A stretch of 64,000 nucleotides of DNA, taken from NCBI RefSeq assembly GCF_001677475.2, contig NZ_CP015229.1. One strand, written 5' to 3'. This document shows positions 1 to 18,499 of the stretch, piece by piece; positions within the stretch are counted from its first letter, which is position 1; each line of letters begins with the position of its first letter. Source of the stretch: Escherichia coli. Its GTDB lineage: Bacteria; Pseudomonadota; Gammaproteobacteria; Enterobacterales; Enterobacteriaceae. The position numbers were made by a program, and so were the translations under genes. Below the pieces are notes generated by a model. It made no database searches, was not told the DNA's origin, and saw only the letters and a list, made by a program, of their open reading frames with translations.

Positions 1-1091
1 TGGACACCACGCAAACCGCCGGACAACCGAACTGGAATCAGTCCGGCACGCTGTTTGAAGGCATTGAACGCTGGGCCGAGCGCAAAGCGTTATTAACCCA
101 TGACGATGTGAAACAACGCGCATGGCAAACGCTGAAATGGCAGATTGCCAACGGCATTCAGCATGTACGTACCCATGTCGATGTTTCGGATGCAACGCTG
201 ACCGCGCTGAAAGCAATGCTGGAAGTGAAGCAGGAAGTCGCGCCGTGGATTGATCTGCAAATCGTCGCCTTCCCGCAGGAAGGGATTTTGTCGTATCCCA
301 ACGGTGAAGCGTTGCTGGAAGAGGCGTTACGCTTAGGGGCAGACGTAGTGGGGGCGATTCCGCATTTTGAATTTACCCGCGAATACGGCGTGGAGTCGCT
401 ACATAAAACCTTCGCCCTGGCGCAAAAATACGACCGTCTCATCGACGTTCACTGTGATGAGATCGATGACGAGCAGTCGCGCTTTGTCGAAACCGTTGCT
501 GCCCTGGCGCACCGTGAAGGAATGGGCGCGCGAGTCACCGCCAGCCACACCACGGCAATGCACTCCTATAACGGGGCGTATACCTCACGCTTGTTCCGTT
601 TGCTGAAAATGTCCGGTATTAACTTTGTCGCCAACCCGCTGGTCAATATTCATCTGCAAGGACGTTTCGATACCTATCCAAAACGTCGCGGCATCACGCG
701 CGTTAAAGAGATGCTGGAGTCCGGCATTAACGTCTGCTTTGGTCACGATGATGTCTTCGATCCGTGGTATCCGCTGGGAACGGCGAATATGCTGCAAGTG
801 CTGCATATGGGGCTGCATGTTTGTCAGCTGATGGGCTACGGGCAAATTAACGATGGCCTGAATTTAATCACCCACCACAGTGCCAGAACGTTGAATTTGC
901 AGGATTACGGCATTGCCGCCGGAAACAGCGCCAACCTGATTATCCTGCCTGCAGAAAATGGGTTTGATGCGCTGCGCCGTCAGGTTCCTGTACGTTATTC
1001 GGTACGTGGCGGTAAGGTGATTGCCAGCACACAACCGGCACAAACCACCGTATATCTGGATCAGCCAGAAGCCATCGATTACAAACGGTAA
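1..1091 (+). CDS. codA: cytosine deaminase, 3' portion (start lies upstream of window)
   Basis: Reading frame is open from base 1 to the stop at 1089-1091; translated sequence matches CodA C-terminal ~360 aa (amidohydrolase family). Confidence 0.93.
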   Translation, partial: DTTQTAGQPNWNQSGTLFEGIERWAERKALLTHDDVKQRAWQTLKWQIANGIQHVRTHVDVSDATLTALKAMLEVKQEVAPWIDLQIVAFPQEGILSYPNGEALLEEALRLGADVVGAIPHFEFTREYGVESLHKTFALAQKYDRLIDVHCDEIDDEQSRFVETVAALAHREGMGARVTASHTTAMHSYNGAYTSRLFRLLKMSGINFVANPLVNIHLQGRFDTYPKRRGITRVKEMLESGINVCFGHDDVFDPWYPLGTANMLQVLHMGLHVCQLMGYGQINDGLNLITHHSARTLNLQDYGIAAGNSANLIILPAENGFDALRRQVPVRYSVRGGKVIASTQPAQTTVYLDQPEAIDYKR

Positions 1092-1108
1092 TTTCCTCTG
1101 TGTTGAAG

Positions 1109-1132
1109 AGCCACTGACCTGTGTCAGTGGCT
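1109..1132. terminator. hairpin between convergent codA and cynR (10-bp perfect stem agccactgac / gtcagtggct, 4-nt loop)
   Basis: Perfect inverted repeat read directly; overlaps the cynR stop codon; no clear U-tract on either side. Confidence 0.5.
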
Positions 1133-2030
1133 ACCGTGATTCATTCTCGCCAACAACCGCGCATTCCTCCAACGCCATGTGCAAAAATGCCTTCGCGGCG
1201 GCTGTCTGCCAGCTATTTTTCCGCCGCAACAAAACCGCCGTTCTCTCCAGTAGTGGAGGGGCAAGAGAAATAGCTTTAAGCCCGTCATGTTGTGTGGCAA
1301 TAGCTGCTGGTAATAATGTGGAAAGGGAAGTGCGGCGAATCAACTCCAGAACCGCGCTAATTGAGTTCGCCTCAATGACCACCTGTGGATGTAGCCCCGC
1401 TTTCTCGCAGTAGTGGTCAATTTGCTCTCTGGTGGCAAATTCCGCGCTGAGCAGGACCAGTTTTTCATCATGCAAGCGACTCAACGCCACCTGTTCATGG
1501 GCGGCCAGCGGATGATGTTGCGCCACGACTAACGCTAAACTTTCTGTTAGTAAAGGAATTGCCTCCAGCTCCGGCGAATGCACAGGCGCGAAGGCAATCC
1601 CAACGTCCAACTCGTCGCGACAAAGCAGATCTTCGATTTTCTCCTGCGACATTTCCTGTAGCTGGAGCGTGATGCCGGGGTAGCGCGCATAGAAATCTGC
1701 CATTAAAGGGCCGATAAAGTAGCTCGTAAAGGTGGGGGTGACGGCGATACGCAGCGATCCTCGCGTCAGATCGGCAACATCATGAATCGCCCGTTTACCC
1801 GCCCCCAGTTCCTGTAACGCCCGGCTGGCGTACTGTCGCCAGACTTCTCCTGCATCAGTGAGACGAATCGTTCGCCCGCTACGGTCAAACAGCGGCACGC
1901 CCAAACTTTCCTCTAACTGGCGAATCTGCTGGGAAAGCGCAGGCTGGGAGACGTGCAACGCACTGGCGGCACGGGTAAAGCTGCCATGTTCAGCCACGGC
2001 AAGAAAATAATTGATATGTCGAGAGAGCAT
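1131..2030 (-). CDS. cynR: LysR-family transcriptional activator of the cyn operon
   Basis: ORF 1131..2054 trimmed to internal Met giving 299 aa; N-terminal HTH ([23 protein letters not shown]) typical of LysR regulators; divergent from cynT. Confidence 0.92.
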   Translation of the reverse strand: MLSRHINYFLAVAEHGSFTRAASALHVSQPALSQQIRQLEESLGVPLFDRSGRTIRLTDAGEVWRQYASRALQELGAGKRAIHDVADLTRGSLRIAVTPTFTSYFIGPLMADFYARYPGITLQLQEMSQEKIEDLLCRDELDVGIAFAPVHSPELEAIPLLTESLALVVAQHHPLAAHEQVALSRLHDEKLVLLSAEFATREQIDHYCEKAGLHPQVVIEANSISAVLELIRRTSLSTLLPAAIATQHDGLKAISLAPPLLERTAVLLRRKNSWQTAAAKAFLHMALEECAVVGENESR

Positions 2031-2139
2031 TCGCCAACCTATAAGTAAACCCAATAGAACTCATCATAAATGAGTCTTTTACCTTATGACAATCGGCGAG
2101 TAGTCTGCCTCTCATTCCAGAGATAGACAGAGGTTAACG

Positions 2140-2799
2140 GTGAAAGAGATTATTGATGGATTCCTTAAATTCCAGCGCGAGGCATTTCCGAAGCGGGAAG
2201 CCTTGTTTAAACAGCTGGCGACACAACAAAGCCCGCGCACACTTTTTATCTCCTGCTCCGACAGCCGTCTGGTTCCTGAGCTGGTGACGCAACGTGAACC
2301 TGGCGATCTGTTCGTTATTCGCAACGCGGGCAATATTGTCCCTTCCTACGGGCCGGAACCCGGTGGCGTTTCTGCTTCGGTGGAGTATGCCGTCGCTGCG
2401 CTTCGGGTATCTGACATTGTGATTTGCGGTCATTCCAACTGTGGCGCGATGACCGCCATTGCCAGCTGTCAGTGCATGGACCATATGCCTGCCGTCTCCC
2501 ACTGGCTGCGTTATGCCGATTCAGCCCGCGTCGTTAATGAGGCGCGCCCGCATCCCGATTTACCGTCAAAAGCTGCGGCGATGGTACGTGAAAACGTGAT
2601 TGCTCAGTTGGCTAATCTGCAAACGCATCCATCGGTGCGCCTGGCGCTCGAAGAGGGGCGGATCGCCCTGCACGGCTGGGTCTACGACATTGAAAGCGGC
2701 AGCATCGCAGCTTTTGACGGCGCAACCCGCCAGTTTGTGCCACTGGCCGCTAATCCTCGCGTTTGTGCCATACCGCTACGCCAACCGACCGCAGCGTAA
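2140..2799 (+). CDS. cynT: beta-class carbonic anhydrase
   Basis: 219-aa ORF with beta-carbonic-anhydrase zinc-site motifs (CSDSR, HSNCG); first gene after the cynR divergent promoter. Confidence 0.93.
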   Translation: MKEIIDGFLKFQREAFPKREALFKQLATQQSPRTLFISCSDSRLVPELVTQREPGDLFVIRNAGNIVPSYGPEPGGVSASVEYAVAALRVSDIVICGHSNCGAMTAIASCQCMDHMPAVSHWLRYADSARVVNEARPHPDLPSKAAAMVRENVIAQLANLQTHPSVRLALEEGRIALHGWVYDIESGSIAAFDGATRQFVPLAANPRVCAIPLRQPTAA

Positions 2800-2811
2800 C
2801 CTTATTTTTAA

Positions 2812-3300
<489 letters not shown>

Positions 3301-3332
3301 CGGCCATGCGTAATCATCAAAAGACGTTCACG

Positions 3333-4487
3333 ATGCTGCTGGTTCTGGTGCTGATTGGTCTTAATATGCGACCACTGCTCACCTCCGTCGGGCCACTGCT
3401 ACCGCAATTGCGCCAGGCAAGCGGAATGAGCTTTAGCGTGGCTGCCCTGTTGACCGCTCTGCCGGTGGTTACCATGGGCGGGCTGGCGCTGGCCGGAAGC
3501 TGGCTTCATCAGCATGTCAGCGAACGTCGCAGCGTCGCCATCAGTTTGTTACTGATTGCCGTCGGTGCATTGATGCGTGAGCTTTACCCCCAAAGTGCGC
3601 TGCTGCTTAGCAGCGCACTGCTTGGTGGAGTGGGGATCGGCATCATTCAGGCGGTGATGCCTTCGGTAATTAAGCGGCGGTTTCAGCACCGTACGCCACT
3701 GGTGATGGGGCTGTGGTCCGCGGCTCTGATGGGCGGCGGTGGACTTGGTGCCGCCATTACGCCCTGGTTAGTTCAACATAGCGAAACCTGGTATCAAACA
3801 CTCGCCTGGTGGGGGCTGCCTGCCGTTGTTGCGCTCTTTGCCTGGTGGTGGCAAAGCGCCCGCGAGGTCGCCTCTTCTCACAAGACAACAACCACTCCGG
3901 TTCGCGTGGTATTTACTCCCCGCGCGTGGACGCTGGGTGTTTACTTCGGTCTGATTAACGGCGGTTACGCCAGCCTGATTGCCTGGTTACCCGCTTTCTA
4001 TATTGAGATTGGTGCCAGCGCGCAGTACAGCGGTTCCTTGCTGGCATTGATGACGCTTGGGCAAGCCGCAGGAGCTATGCTGATGCCTGCTATGGCTCGC
4101 CATCAGGATCGGCGCAAACTTTTGATGCTGGCGCTGGCGTTACAACTGGTGGGTTTCTGCGGCTTTATCTGGCTGCCGCTGCAATTGCCGGTATTGTGGG
4201 CGATGGTGTGTGGGTTAGGTCTGGGCGGCGCATTTCCGCTCTGTTTGCTGCTGGCGCTCGATCACTCTGCTCAACCCGCTATTGCTGGCAAACTGGTGGC
4301 GTTTATGCAGGGGATCGGTTTTATCATCGCCGGGCTTGCCCCGTGGTTTTCTGGTGTGCTGCGTAGTATCAGCGGCAATTACCTGATGGACTGGGCGTTT
4401 CATGTGCTGTGCGTCGTTGGGCTGATGATCATAACCCTGCGTTTTGCACCAGCACGTTTTCCGCAACTGTGGGTCAAAGAGGCATGA
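3333..4487 (+). CDS. cynX: MFS cyanate transporter
   Basis: Multi-span hydrophobic MFS-like protein; start chosen at internal Met giving 384 aa; longest ORF begins at 3306. Confidence 0.88.
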   Translation: MLLVLVLIGLNMRPLLTSVGPLLPQLRQASGMSFSVAALLTALPVVTMGGLALAGSWLHQHVSERRSVAISLLLIAVGALMRELYPQSALLLSSALLGGVGIGIIQAVMPSVIKRRFQHRTPLVMGLWSAALMGGGGLGAAITPWLVQHSETWYQTLAWWGLPAVVALFAWWWQSAREVASSHKTTTTPVRVVFTPRAWTLGVYFGLINGGYASLIAWLPAFYIEIGASAQYSGSLLALMTLGQAAGAMLMPAMARHQDRRKLLMLALALQLVGFCGFIWLPLQLPVLWAMVCGLGLGGAFPLCLLLALDHSAQPAIAGKLVAFMQGIGFIIAGLAPWFSGVLRSISGNYLMDWAFHVLCVVGLMIITLRFAPARFPQLWVKEA

Positions 4488-4509
4488 TGCGACGCTTGTT
4501 CCTGCGCTT

Positions 4510-4580
4510 TGTTCATGCCGGATGCGGCTAACGTAGATCACTGAACTTGTAGGCCTGATAAGCGCAGCGCATCAGGCAAT
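4510..4580. repeat. REP/BIME palindromic units between cynX and lacA
   Basis: gccggatgcggc and gtaggcctgataagcgcagcgcatcaggc motifs typical of enterobacterial REP elements. Confidence 0.75.
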
Positions 4581-4589
4581 TTTTATAAT

Positions 4590-5201
4590 TTAAACTGACG
4601 ATTCAACTTTATAATCTTTGTAATAATAGTGCTTATCCCGGTCGTTTATTTCGCGAATAACCCGACAAGGAACGCCAGCGGCCACGACGTTTGGTGGAAT
4701 GTCTTTTGTGACGACACTACCCGCGCCAATAACAGAATTATCCCCGATGGTGACGCCAGGATTAATGACCACATGACTTCCGATCCAGACGTTATTGCCA
4801 ATCGTTATCGGAAAAGAGTACATCTCACCGTTTTTTCTCAATTCATGGTGCACAGGGTGTCCCGTAACGGAAAGAGTAACGTTGGGTGCAATCAGTACGT
4901 TATCACCGATCGTTACCGTGTAGTCGTCTACAATGGTTAAATTGAAATTTGCATAAAAATTGCGGCCTATATGGATGTTGGAACCGTAAGAGAAATAGAC
5001 GGGAGGTTCTACCCAGGCGTTTTCCCCTACCGTTGCAAACATTTCTTTAATCAGGCTTTCTCTTTTTTCAACTTCTGATGGATGCGAGTGATTAAACTCA
5101 TACATTAACGTTTTCCCACGAAGTCTTTTTTCCGGTAAGCCTTCGCACATATCGGTAAATAGCTTGCCTGCTTTTATTCTTTCGGTCATTGGCATGTTCA
5201 T
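4590..5201 (-). CDS. lacA: galactoside O-acetyltransferase (thiogalactoside transacetylase)
   Basis: Hexapeptide-repeat acetyltransferase; start placed at MNMPMTERI giving 203 aa; last gene of lacZYA. Confidence 0.95.
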   Translation of the reverse strand: MNMPMTERIKAGKLFTDMCEGLPEKRLRGKTLMYEFNHSHPSEVEKRESLIKEMFATVGENAWVEPPVYFSYGSNIHIGRNFYANFNLTIVDDYTVTIGDNVLIAPNVTLSVTGHPVHHELRKNGEMYSFPITIGNNVWIGSHVVINPGVTIGDNSVIGAGSVVTKDIPPNVVAAGVPCRVIREINDRDKHYYYKDYKVESSV

Positions 5202-5225
5202 TGCGATCATTCCGTCCTGATATGT

Positions 5226-5260
5226 TGGTCGGATAAGGCGCTCGCGCCGCATCCGACATT
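5226..5260. repeat. REP-like palindrome in the lacY-lacA intercistronic region
   Basis: ggtcggataaggcgctcgcgccgcatccgac inverted-repeat motif of REP type. Confidence 0.6.
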
Positions 5261-5266
5261 AATTGC

Positions 5267-6565
<1,299 letters not shown>

Positions 6566-6571
6566 TTATTA

Positions 6572-9771
<3,200 letters not shown>

Positions 9772-10854
9772 TCACTGCCCGCTTTCCAGTCGGGAAACTT
9801 GTCGTGCCAGCTGCATTAATGAATCGGCCAACGCGCGGGGAGAGGCGGTTTGCGTATTGGGCGCCAGGGTGGTTTTTCTTTTCACCAGTGAGACGGGCAA
9901 CAGCTGATTGCCCTTCACCGCCTGGCCCTGAGAGATTTGCAGCAAGCGGTCCACGCTGGTTTGCCCCAGCAGGCGAAAATCCTGTTTGATGGTGGTTAAC
10001 GGCGGGATATAACACGAGCTGTCTTCGGTATCATCGTATCCCACAACCGAGATATCCGCACCAACGCGCAACCCGGACTCGGTAATGGCGCGCATTGCGC
10101 CCAGCGCCATCTGATCGTTGGCAACCAGCATCGCAGTGGGAACGATGCCCTCATTTAGCATTTGCATGGTTTGTTGAAAACCGGACATGGCACTCCAGTC
10201 GCCTTCCCGTTCCGCTATCGGCTGAATTTGATTGCGAGTGAGATATTTATGCCAGCCCGCCAGACGCAGACGCGCCGAGACAGAACTTAATGGGCCCGCT
10301 AACAGCGCGATTTGCTGGTGACCCAATGCGACCAGATGCTCCACGCCCAGTCGCGTACCGTCTTCATGAGAGAAAATAATACTATTGATGGGAGTCTGGT
10401 CGGAGACATCAAGAAATAACGCCGGAACATTAGCGCAGGCTGCTTCCACAGCAGTGGCATCCTGGTCATCCAGCGGATAGTTAATGATCAGCCCACTGAC
10501 GCGTTGCGCGAGAAGATTGTGCACCGCCGCTTTACAGGCTTCGACGCCGCTTCGTTCTACCATCGACACCACTACGCTGGCACCCAGTTGATCGGCGCGA
10601 GATTTAATCGCCGCGACAATTTGCGACGGCGCGTGCAGAGCCAGACTGGAGGTGGCAACGCCAATCAGCAACGACTGTTTGCCCGCCAGTTGTTGTGCCA
10701 CGCGGTTGGGAATGTAATTCAGCTCCGCCATCGCCGCTTCCACTTTTTCCCGCGTTTTCGCAGAAACGTGGCTGGCCTGGTTTACCACGCGGGAAACGGT
10801 CTGATAAGAGACACCTGCATACTCTGCGACATCGTATAGCGTTACTGGTTTCAC
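9772..10854 (-). CDS. lacI: lactose operon repressor (LacI/GalR family)
   Basis: GTG-initiated VKPVTLYDVAEYAGVSYQTVSRVVN HTH N-terminus, 360 aa; the lacI promoter sequence is recognisable in 10855..10930. Confidence 0.97.
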   Translation of the reverse strand: MKPVTLYDVAEYAGVSYQTVSRVVNQASHVSAKTREKVEAAMAELNYIPNRVAQQLAGKQSLLIGVATSSLALHAPSQIVAAIKSRADQLGASVVVSMVERSGVEACKAAVHNLLAQRVSGLIINYPLDDQDATAVEAACANVPALFLDVSDQTPINSIIFSHEDGTRLGVEHLVALGHQQIALLAGPLSSVSARLRLAGWHKYLTRNQIQPIAEREGDWSAMSGFQQTMQMLNEGIVPTAMLVANDQMALGAMRAITESGLRVGADISVVGYDDTEDSSCYIPPLTTIKQDFRLLGQTSVDRLLQISQGQAVKGNQLLPVSLVKRKTTLAPNTQTASPRALADSLMQLARQVSRLESGQ

Positions 10855-10930
10855 ATTCACCACCCTGAATTGACTCTCTTCCGGGCGCTATCATGCCATA
10901 CCGCGAAAGGTTTTGCGCCATTCGATGGTG

Positions 10931-11764
10931 TCAACGTAAATGCACGCCGCTTCGCCGTCCGGCCACCAGAATAGCCTGCGATTCAACCCCTTCTTCGATC
11001 TGTTTTGCTACCCGTTGTAGCGCCGGAAGATGCTTTTCCGCGGCCTGTTCGATGGTCATTGCGCTCGCCATATACACCAGATTCAGACAGCCAATCACCC
11101 GTTGTTCACTGCGCAGCGGTACGGCGATAGAGGCGATCTTCTCCTCCTGATCCCAGCCGCGGTAGTTCTGTCCGTAACCCTCTTTGCGCGCGCGCGCCAG
11201 AATGGCTTCCAGCTTTAACGGTTCTCGTGCCAGTTGATAGTCATCACCGGGGCGGGAGGCTAACATCTCGATTAATTCCTTGCGTTCTTGTTCCGGGCAA
11301 AAGGCCAGCCAGGTCAGGCCCGAGGCGGTTTTCAGAAGCGGTAACCGTCGCCCGACCATTGCCCGGTGAAAAGATAAGCGGCTGAAACGATGGGTGGTTT
11401 CGCGTACCACCATTGCATCAACATCCAGGGTGGACACATCTGTCGGCCATACCACTTCGCGCAACAGATCGCCCAGCAGTGGGGCCGCCAGTGCAGAAAT
11501 CCACTGTTCGTCACGAAATCCTTCGCTTAATTGCCGCACTTTGATGGTCAAACGGAAACTGTCATCGGAGGGACTACGCCGGACATATCCCTCTTCCTGC
11601 AGCGTCTCCAGCAGTCGCCGCACAGTGGTGCGATGCAGGCCGCTGAGTTCCGCCAGCAGCCCGACGCTGGCACCGCCGTCAAGTTTATTTAACATATTTA
11701 ATAACATTAGACCGCGGGTTAAGCCGCGCACGGTTTTGTATTCCGTCTGCTCATTGTTCTGCAT
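10931..11764 (-). CDS. mhpR: IclR-family transcriptional activator of the mhp operon
   Basis: ORF 10931..11776 trimmed to MQNNEQTEYK giving 277 aa; divergent from mhpA. Confidence 0.9.
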   Translation of the reverse strand: MQNNEQTEYKTVRGLTRGLMLLNMLNKLDGGASVGLLAELSGLHRTTVRRLLETLQEEGYVRRSPSDDSFRLTIKVRQLSEGFRDEQWISALAAPLLGDLLREVVWPTDVSTLDVDAMVVRETTHRFSRLSFHRAMVGRRLPLLKTASGLTWLAFCPEQERKELIEMLASRPGDDYQLAREPLKLEAILARARKEGYGQNYRGWDQEEKIASIAVPLRSEQRVIGCLNLVYMASAMTIEQAAEKHLPALQRVAKQIEEGVESQAILVAGRRSGVHLR

Positions 11765-11796
11765 ATTAATTGACATTTATATAGTTAAAACAACGT

Positions 11797-11813
11797 TGTG
11801 CACCTGGTGCACA
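11797..11813. promoter_or_regulatory. perfect 17-bp palindrome TGTGCACCTGGTGCACA in the mhpR-mhpA divergent region (candidate MhpR operator)
   Basis: Palindrome read directly, about 140 bp upstream of the mhpA start; assignment to MhpR is by position. Confidence 0.65.
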
Positions 11814-11954
11814 TTCGGGCATGTTTTGATTGTAGCCGAAAACACCCTTCCTATACTGAGCGCACAATAAAAAATCATTTACATGTTTTTAACAAAATAA
11901 GTTGCGCTGTACTGTGCGCGCAACGGCATTTTGTCCGAGTCGTGAGGTACTGAA

Positions 11955-13619
11955 ATGGCAATACAACACCCTGACATCCAGCCTGCTGTTAACCATAGCG
12001 TTCAGGTGGCGATCGCTGGTGCCGGTCCGGTTGGGCTGATGATGGCGAACTATCTCGGCCAGATGGGCATTGACGTGCTGGTGGTGGAGAAACTCGATAA
12101 GTTGATCGACTACCCGCGTGCGATTGGTATTGATGACGAGGCGCTGCGCACCATGCAGTCGGTTGGCCTGGTCGATAATGTTCTGCCGCACACTACGCCG
12201 TGGCATGCGATGCGTTTTCTTACCCCAAAAGGCCGCTGTTTTGCTGATATTCAGCCAATGACCGATGAATTTGGCTGGCCGCGCCGTAACGCCTTTATTC
12301 AGCCTCAGGTCGATGCGGTGATGCTGGAAGGATTGTCGCGTTTTCCGAATGTGCGCTGCCTGTTTTCCCGCGAGCTGGAGGCCTTCAGCCAGCAAGATGA
12401 CGAAGTGACCTTGCACCTGAAAACGGAAGAAGGGCAGCGGGAAACGGTCAAAGCCCAGTGGCTGGTGGCCTGTGATGGTGGGGCAAGTTTTGTCCGTCGC
12501 ACCCTGAATGTGCCGTTTGAAGGTAAAACTGCGCCAAATCAGTGGATTGTGGTAGATATCGCCAACGATCCGTTAAGTACGCCGCATATCTATTTGTGTT
12601 GTGATCCGGTGCGCCCGTATGTTTCTGCCGCGCTGCCTCATGCGGTACGTCGCTTTGAATTTATGGTGATGCCAGGAGAAACCGAAGAACAGCTGCGTGA
12701 GCCGCAAAATATGCGCAAGCTGTTAAGCAAAGTGCTGCCTAATCCGGACAATGTTGAATTGATTCGCCAGCGTGTCTACACCCATAACGCGCGACTGGCG
12801 CAACGTTTCCGTATTGATCGCGTACTGCTGGCGGGCGATGCCGCGCACATCATGCCGGTGTGGCAGGGGCAGGGCTATAACAGTGGTATGCGCGACGCCT
12901 TTAACCTCGCCTGGAAACTGGCGTTGGTTATCCAGGGGAAAGCCCGCGATGCGCTGCTCGATACCTATCAACAAGAACGTCGCGATCACGCCAAAGCGAT
13001 GATTGACCTGTCTGTGACGGCGGGCAACGTGCTGGCTCCGCCGAAACGCTGGCAGGGTACGTTACGTGACGGCGTTTCCTGGCTGCTGAATTATCTGCCG
13101 CCAGTAAAACGCTACTTCCTCGAAATGCGCTTCAAGCCGATGCCGCAATATTACGGCGGTGCGCTGGTGCGTGAGGGCGAAGCGAAGCACTCTCCGGTCG
13201 GCAAGATGTTTATTCAGCCGAAAGTCACGCTGGAAAACGGCGACGTGACGCTGCTCGATAACGCGATCGGCGCGAACTTCGCGGTAATTGGCTGGGGATG
13301 CAATCCACTGTGGGGGATGAGCGACGAGCAAATCCAGCAGTGGCGCGCGTTGGGCACACGCTTCATTCAGGTGGTGCCGGAAGTGCAAATTCATACCGCA
13401 CAGGATAACCACGACGGCGTACTACGCGTGGGCGATACGCAAGGTCGCCTGCGTAGCTGGTTCGCGCAACACAATGCTTCGCTGGTGGTGATGCGCCCGG
13501 ATCGCTTTGTTGCCGCCACCGCCATTCCGCAAACCTTGAGTAATACGCTGAATAAACTGGCGTCGGTGATGACGCTGACCCGCCCTGATGCCGACGTTTC
13601 TGTCGAAAAGGTAGCCTGA
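11955..13619 (+). CDS. mhpA: 3-(3-hydroxyphenyl)propionate hydroxylase (FAD monooxygenase)
   Basis: 554-aa ORF with N-terminal FAD-binding GxGxxG ([12 protein letters not shown]). Confidence 0.95.
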   Translation: MAIQHPDIQPAVNHSVQVAIAGAGPVGLMMANYLGQMGIDVLVVEKLDKLIDYPRAIGIDDEALRTMQSVGLVDNVLPHTTPWHAMRFLTPKGRCFADIQPMTDEFGWPRRNAFIQPQVDAVMLEGLSRFPNVRCLFSRELEAFSQQDDEVTLHLKTEEGQRETVKAQWLVACDGGASFVRRTLNVPFEGKTAPNQWIVVDIANDPLSTPHIYLCCDPVRPYVSAALPHAVRRFEFMVMPGETEEQLREPQNMRKLLSKVLPNPDNVELIRQRVYTHNARLAQRFRIDRVLLAGDAAHIMPVWQGQGYNSGMRDAFNLAWKLALVIQGKARDALLDTYQQERRDHAKAMIDLSVTAGNVLAPPKRWQGTLRDGVSWLLNYLPPVKRYFLEMRFKPMPQYYGGALVREGEAKHSPVGKMFIQPKVTLENGDVTLLDNAIGANFAVIGWGCNPLWGMSDEQIQQWRALGTRFIQVVPEVQIHTAQDNHDGVLRVGDTQGRLRSWFAQHNASLVVMRPDRFVAATAIPQTLSNTLNKLASVMTLTRPDADVSVEKVA

Positions 13620-13620
13620 T

Positions 13621-14565
13621 ATGCACGCTTATCTTCACTGTCTTTCCCACTCGCCGCTGGTGGGATATGTCGACCCGGCGCAAGAGGTACTCGATGAGGT
13701 CAATGGCGTGATTGCCAGCGCCCGCGAGCGTATTGCGGCTTTCTCCCCTGAACTGGTGGTGCTGTTTGCGCCAGATCACTACAACGGCTTTTTCTATGAC
13801 GTGATGCCACCGTTCTGTTTAGGCGTTGGAGCGACGGCAATTGGTGATTTCGGCAGTGCGGCAGGAGAGCTGCCCGTGCCTGTGGAGCTGGCGGAGGCCT
13901 GTGCGCATGCTGTCATGAAGAGCGGGATCGATCTTGCCGTTTCTTACTGTATGCAGGTGGACCACGGGTTCGCCCAGCCGCTGGAGTTCCTGCTCGGCGG
14001 GCTGGATAAGGTGCCAGTACTGCCGGTGTTCATCAACGGTGTCGCCACGCCGCTGCCCGGTTTCCAGCGTACCCGCATGTTGGGGGAAGCCATTGGACGT
14101 TTCACCAGCACTCTCAATAAACGCGTGCTGTTCCTTGGGTCCGGTGGGCTTTCCCATCAGCCGCCGGTGCCAGAACTGGCGAAAGCCGATGCCCATATGC
14201 GCGACCGTCTATTGGGGAGCGGGAAAGATTTACCCGCCAGTGAGCGCGAATTGCGTCAGCAACGGGTGATTAGCGCCGCTGAGAAGTTTGTTGAGGATCA
14301 GAGAACGCTGCATCCGCTCAACCCGATTTGGGATAACCAGTTCATGACTTTGCTGGAGCAGGGACGCATACAGGAACTGGATGCCGTCAGTAACGAAGAG
14401 CTTTCTGCTATTGCCGGAAAGTCGACACATGAAATCAAAACCTGGGTCGCCGCTTTTGCCGCTATTTCTGCGTTTGGCAACTGGCGTAGCGAAGGGCGTT
14501 ATTACCGCCCAATCCCGGAGTGGATTGCCGGATTTGGCTCGTTAAGCGCCAGAACAGAGAACTGA
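13621..14565 (+). CDS. mhpB: 2,3-dihydroxyphenylpropionate 1,2-dioxygenase (extradiol)
   Basis: 314-aa ORF, translationally coupled to mhpA (stop/start 1 bp apart). Confidence 0.95.
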
Positions 14566-14582
14566 ATATGCAGGAGAAGATG

Positions 14583-15449
14583 ATGAGTTATCAGCCACAA
14601 ACCGAAGCCGCCACCAGCCGTTTTCTGAATGTAGAAGAAGCGGGTAAAACGCTGCGCATCCATTTTAATGACTGCGGACAAGGCGACGAAACTGTTGTCC
14701 TGCTGCATGGTTCCGGCCCGGGTGCTACTGGCTGGGCGAACTTCAGCCGCAATATCGATCCGCTGGTAGAGGCGGGCTATCGGGTGATCCTGCTGGATTG
14801 TCCGGGTTGGGGTAAGAGCGATTCGATCGTTAATAGTGGTTCGCGATCGGATCTTAATGCGCGAATCCTGAAAAGCGTGGTGGATCAACTGGATATCGCC
14901 AAAATCCACCTGCTGGGCAACTCGATGGGCGGCCATAGTTCTGTGGCGTTCACCCTTAACTGGCCGGAGCGCGTCGGCAAACTGGTGCTGATGGGCGGCG
15001 GTACGGGCGGCATGAGTTTGTTTACGCCGATGCCAACCGAAGGTATTAAGCGACTGAATCAGCTTTATCGTCAGCCTACTATCGAAAACCTGAAGCTGAT
15101 GATGGATATCTTCGTTTTTGATACCAGCGATTTGACCGACACCCTGTTTGAAGCGCGCCTGAATAATATGCTGTCGCGCCGCGATCACCTGGAAAACTTC
15201 GTTAAGAGCCTGGAAGCTAATCCGAAACAGTTCCCGGATTTTGGCCCACGTCTGGCGGAAATCAAAGCGCAAACCCTGATTGTCTGGGGACGCAACGACC
15301 GCTTTGTGCCGATGGATGCGGGTCTGCGTCTGCTGTCCGGCATTGCCGGTTCTGAACTGCATATCTTCCGCGACTGTGGTCACTGGGCGCAGTGGGAACA
15401 TGCCGACGCTTTCAATCAACTGGTGCTGAATTTCCTCGTACGTGCTTAA
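14583..15449 (+). CDS. mhpC: 2-hydroxy-6-ketonona-2,4-dienedioate hydrolase (alpha/beta hydrolase)
   Basis: GNSMGG nucleophile-elbow motif; start chosen at [14 protein letters not shown] giving 288 aa; alternative upstream start at 14568. Confidence 0.92.
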   Translation: MSYQPQTEAATSRFLNVEEAGKTLRIHFNDCGQGDETVVLLHGSGPGATGWANFSRNIDPLVEAGYRVILLDCPGWGKSDSIVNSGSRSDLNARILKSVVDQLDIAKIHLLGNSMGGHSSVAFTLNWPERVGKLVLMGGGTGGMSLFTPMPTEGIKRLNQLYRQPTIENLKLMMDIFVFDTSDLTDTLFEARLNNMLSRRDHLENFVKSLEANPKQFPDFGPRLAEIKAQTLIVWGRNDRFVPMDAGLRLLSGIAGSELHIFRDCGHWAQWEHADAFNQLVLNFLVRA

Positions 15450-17211
<1,762 letters not shown>

Positions 17212-17215
<4 letters not shown>

Positions 17216-18225
17216 ACGGTAAAAAACTTTATATCTCGGACGTCACGTTGCGTGACGGTATGCACGCCATTCGTCATCAGTATTCGCTGGAAAACGTTCG
17301 CCAGATTGCCAAAGCACTGGACGATGCCCGCGTGGATTCGATTGAAGTGGCCCATGGCGACGGTTTGCAGGGGTCCAGCTTTAACTATGGTTTCGGCGCA
17401 CATAGCGACCTTGAATGGATTGAAGCAGCGGCGGATGTGGTGAAGCACGCCAAAATCGCGACGTTGTTGCTGCCAGGAATCGGCACTATTCACGATCTGA
17501 AAAATGCCTGGCAGGCTGGCGCGCGGGTGGTTCGTGTGGCAACACACTGTACCGAAGCTGATGTTTCCGCCCAGCATATTCAGTATGCCCGCGAGCTCGG
17601 AATGGACACCGTTGGTTTTCTGATGATGAGCCATATGACCACGCCGGAGAATCTCGCAAAGCAGGCAAAGCTGATGGAAGGCTACGGTGCGACCTGTATT
17701 TATGTGGTGGATTCTGGCGGTGCGATGAACATGAGCGATATCCGTGACCGTTTCCGCGCCCTGAAAGCAGTGCTGAAACCAGAAACGCAAACCGGCATGC
17801 ACGCTCACCATAACCTAAGTCTTGGCGTGGCGAACTCTATCGCGGCGGTGGAAGAGGGCTGCGACCGAATCGACGCCAGTCTTGCGGGAATGGGCGCGGG
17901 TGCAGGTAACGCGCCGCTGGAAGTATTTATTGCCGCCGCGGATAAACTGGGCTGGCAGCATGGGACCGATCTCTATGCGTTAATGGATGCCGCTGACGAC
18001 CTGGTGCGTCCGTTGCAGGATCGTCCGGTACGAGTCGATCGCGAAACGCTGGCGCTGGGATACGCTGGTGTTTACTCCAGCTTCCTGCGTCACTGTGAAA
18101 CGGCGGCGGCGCGTTATGGCTTAAGTGCGGTGGATATTCTCGTTGAGCTGGGCAAACGCCGGATGGTCGGCGGCCAGGAGGATATGATCGTCGACGTGGC
18201 GCTGGATCTGCGCAACAACAAATAA
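17212..18225 (+). CDS. mhpE: 4-hydroxy-2-oxovalerate aldolase
   Basis: 337-aa ORF, 4-bp overlap with mhpF. Confidence 0.95.
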
Positions 18226-18269
18226 TATTGACTGCCGAGAACGTGCATTTTGTATGCCCATCCCAGCAC

Positions 18270-18420
18270 GACTGCCGGATGCGGCGTAAACACCTTATCC
18301 GGCCTACGGGTGGCGTGAGAATTTGTAGGCCTGATAAGACGCGTTAGCGTCGCATCAGGCATCTGCACACGACTGCCGGATGCGGTAAACGTCTTGTCCG
18401 GCCTACATTTCGCCCGTAGG
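18270..18420. repeat. REP/BIME cluster between mhpE and mhpT
   Basis: Multiple gccggatgcggcg / gtaggcctgataagacgcg / cgcatcaggc units in alternating orientation. Confidence 0.85.
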
Positions 18421-18499
18421 TAGTCATTAAATAGTTCTGATTACGCGGCTGGCAATGTATCAGTCGCGATTCACCTGCACTCGCAATGAGGTTCATCTT

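Noticed and set aside
11889-12416. 175-aa minus-strand ORF overlapping the mhpA 5' region and promoter
   Set aside because: Overlaps the mhpA FAD-binding N-terminus on the opposite strand; no RBS and no recognisable domain.
18270-18420. Possible CRISPR array or mobile-element terminal repeats (also at 20373..20472 and 51331..51430)
   Set aside because: The repeats are imperfect palindromic REP/BIME units in alternating orientation without regular spacers, and no cas or transposase gene is nearby.
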